Positions 1-7,238 of a stretch of DNA of 64,000 bases are shown piece by piece. The stretch comes from a virus (Duplodnaviria > Heunggongvirae > Uroviricota > Caudoviricetes): positions 1 through 64,000 of the IMG/VR virus record IMGVR_UViG_2737471844_000002; one strand, given 5' to 3'. The notes under the pieces are model-generated. The model made no database searches. It was not told where the DNA came from and saw only the letters and a program-made list of their open reading frames with translations. Positions within the stretch are counted from its first letter, which is position 1. Each line of letters opens with the position of its first letter. Both the position numbers and the translations under genes were made by a program.

Positions 1-61
1 GGTATCCGTTCTGCTGAAGTGTCATGGCGTTGATTTTACGGTGACTCTTCGACAGTGAAAA

Positions 62-83
62 GAAAAAAGGCCGCAGAGCGGCC
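62..83 (-). terminator. Putative rho-independent terminator downstream of ORF 190..606
   Basis: Hairpin GGCCGCAGAGCGGCC preceded on the plus strand by an A-run (U-run on the minus strand). Confidence 0.4.
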
Positions 84-189
84 ATAAACACAAACAAAAA
101 TCAATAAGTTAGATAATTATCAAAGACTTACAGACACACAAAAACACAGCCAACCACAACAAATAACAGAGATGTGGTCACTTTGTGGA

Positions 190-606
190 TCATTCGCTCC
201 CCTCTTTTTCCTTATTTCGTTGAACGCCAATTGCGACACACGTACTAAGCAAATCTTTACATTTCTCTACGTCTTCAGACTTACGCAATTTGATGCTTTT
301 TACAGACTGCGGGCTACTGTCCGTAGCACGATACATCGTTATTTCAATATCATTTCGGTCTAAGAGTCCCATAATGGCTTTTGCAACCTCCACACCCTTC
401 TTCGCGAAATCAAAGAACAGAGCAAGTTTATATGGATTTTCGACGGAAAAAACTTCAATTTTGCTAAAACCAACATCGTGTAGAGAAAAATATTGCTCAA
501 CCTCATCTCGAAGTTCTGGATCGCATACAATGTCTATTCTCCAGTACTGACCTAAATGCAAATCGCTATTAACTGTTTTTTCCACAACATCCTCCTTACC
601 CAGCAA
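190..606 (-). CDS. Hypothetical protein (138 aa), AT-rich, overlaps integrase stop by 11 nt
   Basis: Six-frame ORF; position between integrase 3-prime end and presumed attL; no recognisable motif. Confidence 0.45.
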   Translation of the reverse strand: MLGKEDVVEKTVNSDLHLGQYWRIDIVCDPELRDEVEQYFSLHDVGFSKIEVFSVENPYKLALFFDFAKKGVEVAKAIMGLLDRNDIEITMYRATDSSPQSVKSIKLRKSEDVEKCKDLLSTCVAIGVQRNKEKEGSE

Positions 607-1570
607 TAGGATTAAATCTCACCGCATCCTGCAAGTAATCCGGCGCAAGATGGGCATAAATCATCGTTGTCTGAATCTTTGCGTGCCCCAGAATTTTCTG
701 GAGCGTCAGAATATTGCCGCCGTTCATCATGAAATGACTGGCGAAGGTGTGGCGCAGCGCATGAACAGCCTGGCCGTCAGGAACATCAGGTGCGACCGTT
801 TTGATGACATCGCGAACCAATGGATAATCCAGCGTCGGAAACACCAGTTTCCCGCCCCGTTTTTTGATCTTTTCAAACAGGCTTTCAGAAATAGGAACGG
901 TACGGTTTTTGCTGTTCTTCGTTTTTGAAAAAGTGATTCGACAATGAAGAACACGGCGCTGCTCCAGTGCCGCTACCTCGCCCCATCGCGCCCCGGTCGA
1001 CAGAAGGATTTCGACAGCCAGCCGTTCATCGGGATTTTCAGCCAGTGCATCCAGCAACTGAACACATTCAGACTTACTCAGATATCCCATTTCGCGCTCG
1101 TTAACCTTCATTCCTTTAAGGCCTTGAACGGGGTTATCGTTAAGAAAATGGCCGGATGAGATGAGTGCGGTAAACATCGCGCTTAACGCCCCAATCTCTC
1201 GATTTATGGTGCTGGGCTGTATCCCCTGCTCTATCCTGGACACACGTAGCTCGGTGAGCATCGTTGTATTAAGTTTATGCACGCACGGGTCATCCATTGC
1301 CTCACTCAAGCGCAGCAATTTAAGGCGCGTGTTATGCCCAGACTTCATTAGCTGGCCGTGGTATTTCCACCACAAGTCAATAAGCACTGACAGCGGACGG
1401 CGATCAATAGAGTTTCCTTTCCACTCATTGTTATGCTGTTGCGCCAGCACCCACCGCTCATATAAAACTGCATCCGATTTCGTTTTAAATTTTTTACGAA
1501 TGCGTTTGCCTTTACGCCCCTCCGGGCGCATGTCAAGAAGATACCCTCCCGGAATTGATTTTATGCTCAT
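596..1570 (-). CDS. int: Tyrosine recombinase / phage integrase
   Basis: C-terminal HALRHTFAS...LGHAKIQTTMIYAHL motif typical of the tyrosine recombinase catalytic domain; start trimmed to internal Met (MSIKSIPGGY) to avoid overlap with the repressor ORF. Confidence 0.9.
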   Translation of the reverse strand: MSIKSIPGGYLLDMRPEGRKGKRIRKKFKTKSDAVLYERWVLAQQHNNEWKGNSIDRRPLSVLIDLWWKYHGQLMKSGHNTRLKLLRLSEAMDDPCVHKLNTTMLTELRVSRIEQGIQPSTINREIGALSAMFTALISSGHFLNDNPVQGLKGMKVNEREMGYLSKSECVQLLDALAENPDERLAVEILLSTGARWGEVAALEQRRVLHCRITFSKTKNSKNRTVPISESLFEKIKKRGGKLVFPTLDYPLVRDVIKTVAPDVPDGQAVHALRHTFASHFMMNGGNILTLQKILGHAKIQTTMIYAHLAPDYLQDAVRFNPIAG

Positions 1571-1619
1571 TCGTGAAACCCCAGCGTTACAAGGCCACCA
1601 TGCCCCCAGCGCTCCATGA

Positions 1620-1928
1620 TTAGCCGGGCTGTGTGCCAGTCTTGCGGGGTTTTTGAGAAGGCGATGTGCTTTTTGGCCCATCAGGGGAGAGAGACGGACT
1701 GATCTGCCCAGCAGCCTCATTTGTTTTTCCCGTCATAAGCCAATTCATGTACTTAAAAAAGCGAGGGTGATTAACAATCTTGATAAGCACTTCGCCCCCT
1801 ATGTTTTCAATCCGCCCCGTTTCATAACGACGCAAAGTGCCGATAGGCACATCAATCAGGCCGCAAAATTCTTCGCGCGTTAAATCCTCTGATTCACGAA
1901 TCACTCTAATTTTTTCACCGATAAGCAT
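1620..1928 (-). CDS. XRE-family HTH repressor (P2 C / 186 cI position)
   Basis: N-terminal HTH (IRVIRESEDLTREEFCGLIDVPIGTLRRYETG); divergent from the cox-like gene across an operator palindrome; start placed at internal Met MLIGEK. Confidence 0.7.
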   Translation of the reverse strand: MLIGEKIRVIRESEDLTREEFCGLIDVPIGTLRRYETGRIENIGGEVLIKIVNHPRFFKYMNWLMTGKTNEAAGQISPSLSPDGPKSTSPSQKPRKTGTQPG

Positions 1929-1940
1929 TGACAGTGTTCC

Positions 1941-1986
1941 TATAAGTACACTAAGCTTGCGCACAAGGTGTACTTATAAGTACACC
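1941..1986. promoter_or_regulatory. Operator: perfect 20-bp palindrome GGTGTACTTATAAGTACACC (1967..1986) plus half-site TATAAGTACAC (1941..1951)
   Basis: Read directly in the divergent intergenic region between the repressor and the cox-like gene. Confidence 0.5.
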
Positions 1987-2024
1987 AAGTCACAAACAAC
2001 CACAGATAGCGCAGGTTATCACAC

Positions 2025-2303
2025 ATGGCAAAAGTCCTGAACACACACGAACAGGCAGACTTTGAGCGTTTAGCAGCGTTCTATCCCTACCGCGATGAGC
2101 ATGGGTTACCAGTACTTGAAGAAAGCCTGAAAGATTACGCAAAGCGTACCAACCAAGCTGTTAACACAGTGAAAAGACAGGCTGACAGAGGTTTAATTCC
2201 CATCAACCAGGATGAAAAGAACTCAAGACGCACAGTAAATCTCTTCGCTCTTTTCCTGAAAACAATCAGGAGCGCAGAAAAATACGTGCAGATGACAAAA
2301 TAA
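2025..2303 (+). CDS. Cox/excisionase-like regulatory protein
   Basis: Position divergent from the repressor; loose resemblance to P2 Cox as I recall it (not verified). Confidence 0.5.
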   Translation: MAKVLNTHEQADFERLAAFYPYRDEHGLPVLEESLKDYAKRTNQAVNTVKRQADRGLIPINQDEKNSRRTVNLFALFLKTIRSAEKYVQMTK

Positions 2304-2317
2304 CGAGGTGTCATTTT

Positions 2318-2656
2318 ATGCTGAAGCAACGCCGTAATTTTCGTACCGGAACAGAACGCCACGCTAACCGTTTCACTACCAGTGCATCACGCAGCAACAT
2401 CCGCTACAGCCTGAGTGATACACACGCAACGCCGGATGGCTACCCAGTAAAACAAATCGGCGAGCACGCCTGGCTGATTGAGAAAGCTGGAATCGTGATC
2501 CACAAATGCCCACGCAATCCGTTTACCGGAAACCGCATTTTTGCATTGAGCTGTGGCGACAATCAGTTCGGGCAGGATTTCACATTATACGAAGCACTTC
2601 GCACGGTTGATCGTCTGCTTCGCGGGCAAAGTTTTATTAAACAGGCTGATTTATAA
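2318..2656 (+). CDS. Hypothetical early protein (112 aa)
   Basis: ORF in the co-directional early operon. Confidence 0.5.
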   Translation: MLKQRRNFRTGTERHANRFTTSASRSNIRYSLSDTHATPDGYPVKQIGEHAWLIEKAGIVIHKCPRNPFTGNRIFALSCGDNQFGQDFTLYEALRTVDRLLRGQSFIKQADL

Positions 2657-2666
2657 CAGGTGCTTT

Positions 2667-2954
2667 ATGACCAAAGACCATGCTCAGGGTGTATTTATCC
2701 GTTTTATTGATTTTCGCGGTGAACTGTTATTACGTGCATCCGCTATTGACGGAGTGACTCCGGCGGGTAAAAACGGAGCCGACGAAGCCACTTACGTTTA
2801 TCTGAACGGCACGCGACTGCTTGTGGAACTTCCGTACCAGACCGTACGAGAAATCATTAGCGAAGCTGAAAAGGCACGCCAGGTTAATGGCGATGAACCC
2901 TATATCGAAATTATTTGTATGGATTCAGAAGCTGAAATACAGAAAGCAGATTAA
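2667..2954 (+). CDS. Hypothetical early protein (95 aa)
   Basis: ORF trimmed to ATG at 2667 to avoid overlap with the previous gene. Confidence 0.5.
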   Translation: MTKDHAQGVFIRFIDFRGELLLRASAIDGVTPAGKNGADEATYVYLNGTRLLVELPYQTVREIISEAEKARQVNGDEPYIEIICMDSEAEIQKAD

Positions 2955-2962
2955 AGGGCGTT

Positions 2963-3208
2963 GTGATGGGCAAAGAATATAAAACTCTCATTAACAAAGC
3001 ACTTGAGCGTTTTTATTTTCGCTTAAGTGCATCAGGCGCTCATGCTGAACGTGCGGCCCGTGACTCATTGACCAGAGCAATCCGAAGTCTGTATGACGTG
3101 GCTTTTTATGCTGATGATCTGGATGCACTTAACGAACTTTCCGAGCTGATCTGTGCCGCAGAATGCGGGGAACATATTGAACCGTATAAGCTGGGAAATA
3201 TCGCATGA
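2963..3208 (+). CDS. Hypothetical early protein (81 aa)
   Basis: ORF in the early operon. Confidence 0.5.
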   Translation: MMGKEYKTLINKALERFYFRLSASGAHAERAARDSLTRAIRSLYDVAFYADDLDALNELSELICAAECGEHIEPYKLGNIA

Positions 3209-3342
3209 GTATATTTATCTCATGGCTTGTTCTGATTATTTCGGTGGTCTGCGCCATTGGGATTATGCGAATTATTAATTCAGTGAAAAAGATCGAGCGT
3301 TTTTCTCTGATGAATAACGATACAAATAAAACATCAAATTAA
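3205..3342 (+). CDS. Small hydrophobic peptide (45 aa, single predicted TM helix)
   Basis: ATG overlaps upstream stop (ATGA); MSIFISWLVLIISVVCAIGIMRII then a charged tail; AT-rich; below the ORF-track length cutoff. Confidence 0.35.
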   Translation: MSIFISWLVLIISVVCAIGIMRIINSVKKIERFSLMNNDTNKTSN

Positions 3343-3409
3343 ATAAGAAAACGTGAAAACCATCCGTATTAATGGAGGTATTCGCACGCGTAAATAACGG
3401 AGATATAAA

Positions 3410-3826
3410 ATGAAAGCAAAAGAAGAAGGCATTATCGACACATTAAAAAAAATATCAGAAGCGGAAGATGAAATGGCTAAAGATGCCGTGAAGCGTAGCC
3501 AACATATGGCAGCACTTCACGCACTGACCATTGCAAAAATCACCGCTGACGCAGCCAAAATTATTGAGGAACAGGGCAAAGAAATCGACACTCTTAAAAC
3601 ACAGTCAACAGTTGCAGCCATGAATCCGTCCAGCATTGGACGCCGCATTTACATTCTTGGTTCGGCAATAATGACGCAATACACCATTATTGCCGAACTG
3701 CACGGCAAATACCTGATAACGCCTTACCACACAAAAGAGTCAGAGCTTCTGACAAATCTCCGCCTGATAGAACGCTCTCAAGCTGTATTCATTGATGACG
3801 CGCAACGTGCCGTATTTAACGCATAG
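3410..3826 (+). CDS. Hypothetical protein (138 aa), AT-rich
   Basis: Long ORF with an A-rich purine run upstream; composition differs from its neighbours. Confidence 0.5.
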   Translation: MKAKEEGIIDTLKKISEAEDEMAKDAVKRSQHMAALHALTIAKITADAAKIIEEQGKEIDTLKTQSTVAAMNPSSIGRRIYILGSAIMTQYTIIAELHGKYLITPYHTKESELLTNLRLIERSQAVFIDDAQRAVFNA

Positions 3827-3849
3827 GGTTACTGGACAAAGGGGGCGCA

Positions 3850-4053
3850 ATGGCAATTAAGCATTTTCCCGTCGTTCGCTTTACCTCCAGAGGGCGCGAA
3901 TACGAGGTCGACGAACGCCTGATTACCACTATCGACAAACATCGTTCGGAAAAGGATGCACACCACATCTACCTCACTGACGGCACTTACTTCTGCGCCA
4001 CCAACGTGGCGCGAGTAAATCTTATCCGACAGGTACAGGAGCCACGCAGATGA
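3850..4053 (+). CDS. Hypothetical protein (67 aa)
   Basis: ORF overlaps the next gene by 4 nt. Confidence 0.45.
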   Translation: MAIKHFPVVRFTSRGREYEVDERLITTIDKHRSEKDAHHIYLTDGTYFCATNVARVNLIRQVQEPRR

Positions 4054-4316
4054 CCATTCTGGACTACATCGCTACTCATCCGGGGTGTAGCGGCGGAGAG
4101 ATCGCCGCAGCACTGAATACCCCAACCACAGCCATTAATGCTGAGTTACGCCGACTTTGGCGCGGCGGCTTAGTCATCAGAACAAACCGCAGCACAGGTG
4201 GTCGCGCTCGCAAAACAGGAGGCCAGGCTTCTTACCACGTAAACCCGATGCCGTTCGGGTGCGGCAATCCACTTACTCACATGTTTAACCAGCTACTGAA
4301 GGAAGCCAGAGCATGA
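4050..4316 (+). CDS. Small putative winged-helix DNA-binding protein
   Basis: ILDYIATHPGCSGGEIAAALNTPTTAINAELRRLWRGGLV resembles a wHTH. Confidence 0.45.
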   Translation: MTILDYIATHPGCSGGEIAAALNTPTTAINAELRRLWRGGLVIRTNRSTGGRARKTGGQASYHVNPMPFGCGNPLTHMFNQLLKEARA

Positions 4317-4612
4317 GCACCATCAACCACCAGAAGCTACGCGAACTGGCATTTGCCCTGCAACGAATGGCAACGCCTCAAAAATTACTGGCATTTCGCG
4401 CAATGCTCTCGCCGTCTGCTGTGCTGGCACTGCTGAATGAGCTGGAGCACGCCAGAACCACGGCTCCTGCCATTCGCCTGACGCTCCATCATGAAATCGC
4501 TGATTTCTGCGCGACGTTGGAGGCGCCGGGCGAACCGGAAACGCCGGAAGCAATACAGCAAGAGCTGCTGCAACGCATTGACAAGGTTTTTGATTTTTTT
4601 CTGAACCAGTAA
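4313..4612 (+). CDS. Ea22/Ead-like early protein
   Basis: N-terminal pattern QKLRELA...LLAFRAML.P..VLALLNELE, recalled as typical of lambdoid Ea22-like proteins. Confidence 0.45.
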   Translation: MSTINHQKLRELAFALQRMATPQKLLAFRAMLSPSAVLALLNELEHARTTAPAIRLTLHHEIADFCATLEAPGEPETPEAIQQELLQRIDKVFDFFLNQ

Positions 4613-4733
4613 GAAACCAGAACATGCACACACAAAAAAACCGCTTGCCATGCCGCAATCAGTCAGGTTACATTTCCGCTGCACCTCATAAAACGGGTGC
4701 CGGGATTTCCACCCCGCTGACAACTACAGCGCA

Positions 4734-4756
4734 CAACCGCGCCAGCGGTTTTTTTG
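4734..4756 (+). terminator. Possible rho-independent terminator
   Basis: AACCGC-GCCA-GCGGTT hairpin followed by TTTTTTT. Confidence 0.35.
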
Positions 4757-4934
4757 TGCGTACTGTATCGCCACGTCTTTTTCGCACACGAATTATGGTG
4801 GGGCGTACGGGGCCGACTTCGGTCGGGCCGGGTTCTGTAGTTGCCGGTTGTGGAAACCCTGTACGTCTCACCACCCCGAGTTTTCCACCTCTGGATGGTG
4901 AGTTTTCAAAACTTGCAACTACAGAGGCCACACC

Positions 4935-5165
4935 ATGGCAAACCGCAAACAGCACCGCGCTATCGCGGAGCGTCGTCACATCCAGACTGAAATCAACCGC
5001 AGACTTTTCCGCGCATCACGCGTCGCGCAAATCATGCACATCAATATGCTGCATGAGCGCAGCCACGCACTATCAAACATCTATTCCGCCGCTGTTTTCA
5101 GCTATCTGGCGGATGATCTGCACGAGCTTCAACAGCTCATCCAGCAGCAAAACAAACTCCATTAA
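4935..5165 (+). CDS. Hypothetical protein (76 aa)
   Basis: Six-frame ORF. Confidence 0.4.
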   Translation: MANRKQHRAIAERRHIQTEINRRLFRASRVAQIMHINMLHERSHALSNIYSAAVFSYLADDLHELQQLIQQQNKLH

Positions 5166-5237
5166 TTCCTGTTCCGGGCCTTTCCTGCACCTTGCGGCGG
5201 GAGGCCTTCGCACATCTGTAACAAGAGGATTGCCGCA

Positions 5238-5603
5238 ATGATTCTCGCCAACGACTTTATTGAATACCTGCTCAACACAGAACGTGATCTTGCCGCTCGC
5301 GTGCGTGAACGTTATGACATGTACCTGAAATCCCTGCCTGTACCGCAGCTCGCTGACGGAAAGATTGTTATTGATGGTCGCTACATGATTGACAGCCACG
5401 AGGGAAATTACAGGCTTTACCGCATTGAAGGTGGCACCCCGTCCGTTATTGGCATTTACCAGCGCCCATCCTCTGCAATCGTCGATGTGATTGCCGACAG
5501 CATCCGCATCACACATCGCCATGCCGACACAGAAGACACCGTGCTGGAAATTCAGCGGCTGGCTACAGTCTGCCGCGACACCCTGAATGGCATGACGAAG
5601 TAA
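5238..5603 (+). CDS. Hypothetical protein (121 aa)
   Basis: Six-frame ORF directly upstream of gene A. Confidence 0.5.
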   Translation: MILANDFIEYLLNTERDLAARVRERYDMYLKSLPVPQLADGKIVIDGRYMIDSHEGNYRLYRIEGGTPSVIGIYQRPSSAIVDVIADSIRITHRHADTEDTVLEIQRLATVCRDTLNGMTK

Positions 5604-5609
5604 ATCACT

Positions 5610-5866
5610 ATGACGGCAGAGTACATCAGGGACTGGCAACAACCGCGCCACGCAGTGGGGCGTGAAGGAACGGGGATCCCCGCTCCTGAATCCGCGCTTT
5701 CCTCCTGGCTGGATGCCTACCGGGCAGAGAACGAGCGCCGCCAGGAAATGGCTGATGCGGCGTTCTCCGCCACGCCGCTGGGCAACCTGATTAATAAAAG
5801 CCTGGACGCACAGGAAAAACAGGACAAAACCATCACACTGGCAGGAGACGCCAGAAAACAGACACG
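5610..5866 (+). pseudogene. A: Replication initiator gene A, 5-prime fragment, truncated by the Mu-like insertion
   Basis: The ORF reads in frame into the gene A body at 42741 once 5867..42740 is removed; its apparent stop (5874..5876) lies inside the inserted element. Confidence 0.7.
5862..5866. repeat. Target-site duplication ACACG, left copy
   Basis: Identical 5-mer at 42736..42740. Confidence 0.6.
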
Positions 5867-6022
5867 TGTGGGGTAGTGATCAATTCTGGACTGAGTGAGA
5901 ACAGCCTGGACGAGCCTATAAGCCTTGAGTGGCGCAGGATGTGAGAGATTTTACCGATTCTGGATCGTTTTGAAGAAAATGATCAAAAGTACATTTTTTT
6001 GCGCTCAAATCTGGACTGTTTT
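5867..6022. repeat. Left end with three repeats of core TCTGGAYYG (5884..5893, 5958..5967, 6008..6017): candidate transposase binding sites
   Basis: Repeats read directly; spacing reminiscent of Mu L1-L3 as I recall it. Confidence 0.5.
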
Positions 6023-6171
6023 AATCATTAATGGCAGATAATTGATCGTGTTTTAAATGCTTTTAAAACGGGCTTTATCTGTACCCGTTTCCTTATTTTT
6101 CCTGTTTGGTTTTGTTTTGATGTGGTTGTTGCTGATTAGTTAGCAGCATGCGCCCCGCCAAAACGAGGCGT

Positions 6172-6819
6172 TCATGCTGATTTTTTACTTACAGATTTTG
6201 TTTCTTGCTCCGGTGTGACATCGGTCTGATCACCCGGCGATTGTGGTCGTATATGAGATTCAACAATTCGCAAAATCTCTCTGTCAGTATCTTCGTTTCC
6301 ATGTAATGCTACTCGGATTGCATCCTTAAGTGATTTCCTGATATTCAGACTTTGGATAGCATTCTCTTGCTCCTCCAGCGTGTTAGCGGCTTGTTTCGCT
6401 TGCCTAGTGGGTTGTTGCAGACGTTTTAGGATTCCTTTGATACCCATATCACATATTGCATTTATCAATAGTTCTTTATCTTCTGTGGACGCTCTTTTCA
6501 ATAACTCGTTAGCTAGCTCGTTTGTAATATCGGGAGAAGGCTGCGCTGTTTGGTTTGATAAAGAGTTTGCTGTGGCGGTGAGTTCCTCACCATAAGCGAG
6601 CCAATTTAAACTCACCTGCTCTTTATCTGAGATAAGGCAGGCTATTTTAAAAGAGGGTTCTGTTCCTTTATGGATGTAGTTGTTTAAGGTTGAAGGAGGG
6701 ATACCCCAGTCGCTCGCGGCAGTTCTGACACTGCGCCCACCTATTAGTTTTACTAAACGCTCTCTAAAACTTTCTTTTCCTCGGTCAACTAAAGAAAAAG
6801 CGTCATCATTTTTTGTCAT
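6172..6819 (-). CDS. Mu c-like repressor (DNA-binding)
   Basis: Leftmost gene, divergent from ner; RBS AGGAAAGGA before ATG at 6819; SVRTAASDWGIPPSTLNNYIHKG...VSLNWLAYGE resembles a phage repressor HTH. Confidence 0.6.
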   Translation of the reverse strand: MTKNDDAFSLVDRGKESFRERLVKLIGGRSVRTAASDWGIPPSTLNNYIHKGTEPSFKIACLISDKEQVSLNWLAYGEELTATANSLSNQTAQPSPDITNELANELLKRASTEDKELLINAICDMGIKGILKRLQQPTRQAKQAANTLEEQENAIQSLNIRKSLKDAIRVALHGNEDTDREILRIVESHIRPQSPGDQTDVTPEQETKSVSKKSA

Positions 6820-6952
6820 TTTTCCTTTCCTATTTAACCAATTGATTTTCAATCACAAAACCATATAAAGACCAAAAGCAAAAAGAAAATACAAAGAAAA
6901 GGCTATTTTTGCTTTACATGGGTTACATATGGATCAATACTTATATCCGAAG

Positions 6953-6985
6953 GGATAACACGGCGGTGTTATCCGCACGGATAAC
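6953..6985. promoter_or_regulatory. Operator-like inverted repeat GGATAACACGGCGGTGTTATCC plus extra GGATAAC half-site
   Basis: Read directly between the repressor and ner. Confidence 0.4.
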
Positions 6986-7001
6986 TTTTAAGGGTAACCT
7001 A

Positions 7002-7238
7002 ATGATGGTTAGAAATGAAGTAATGAACCTGGACTGGCACCGCGAGTACATTGTCGCAGCTGTGCACACCAAAGGTTTTACATTGCGTGAACTTTCTGAA
7101 CGCGCTGGTCTAAAAAAAGACTCTTTAAAAAATGCACTGTATCGCTCATGCCCTAAATATGAACGCATCATAGCCGATGCTATTGGTGTGGAACCTGCGG
7201 AGATCTGGCCAAGCCGGTATGCCAGTAAGGCGGCATAA
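7002..7238 (+). CDS. ner: Ner-like DNA-binding protein
   Basis: DWHREYIVAAV...LRELSERAGL...ADAIGVEPAEIWPSRY closely matches the Mu Ner / Nlp family as I recall it. Confidence 0.85.
   Translation: MMVRNEVMNLDWHREYIVAAVHTKGFTLRELSERAGLKKDSLKNALYRSCPKYERIIADAIGVEPAEIWPSRYASKAA

Noticed and set aside
4620-5241. 205-aa plus-strand ORF spanning the non-coding region and overlapping 4935..5165
   Set aside because: Starts inside a hairpin-rich spacer, gives a Ser/Thr/Arg-rich low-complexity product, and conflicts with the compact gene at 4935..5165; left unannotated, but this is uncertain.
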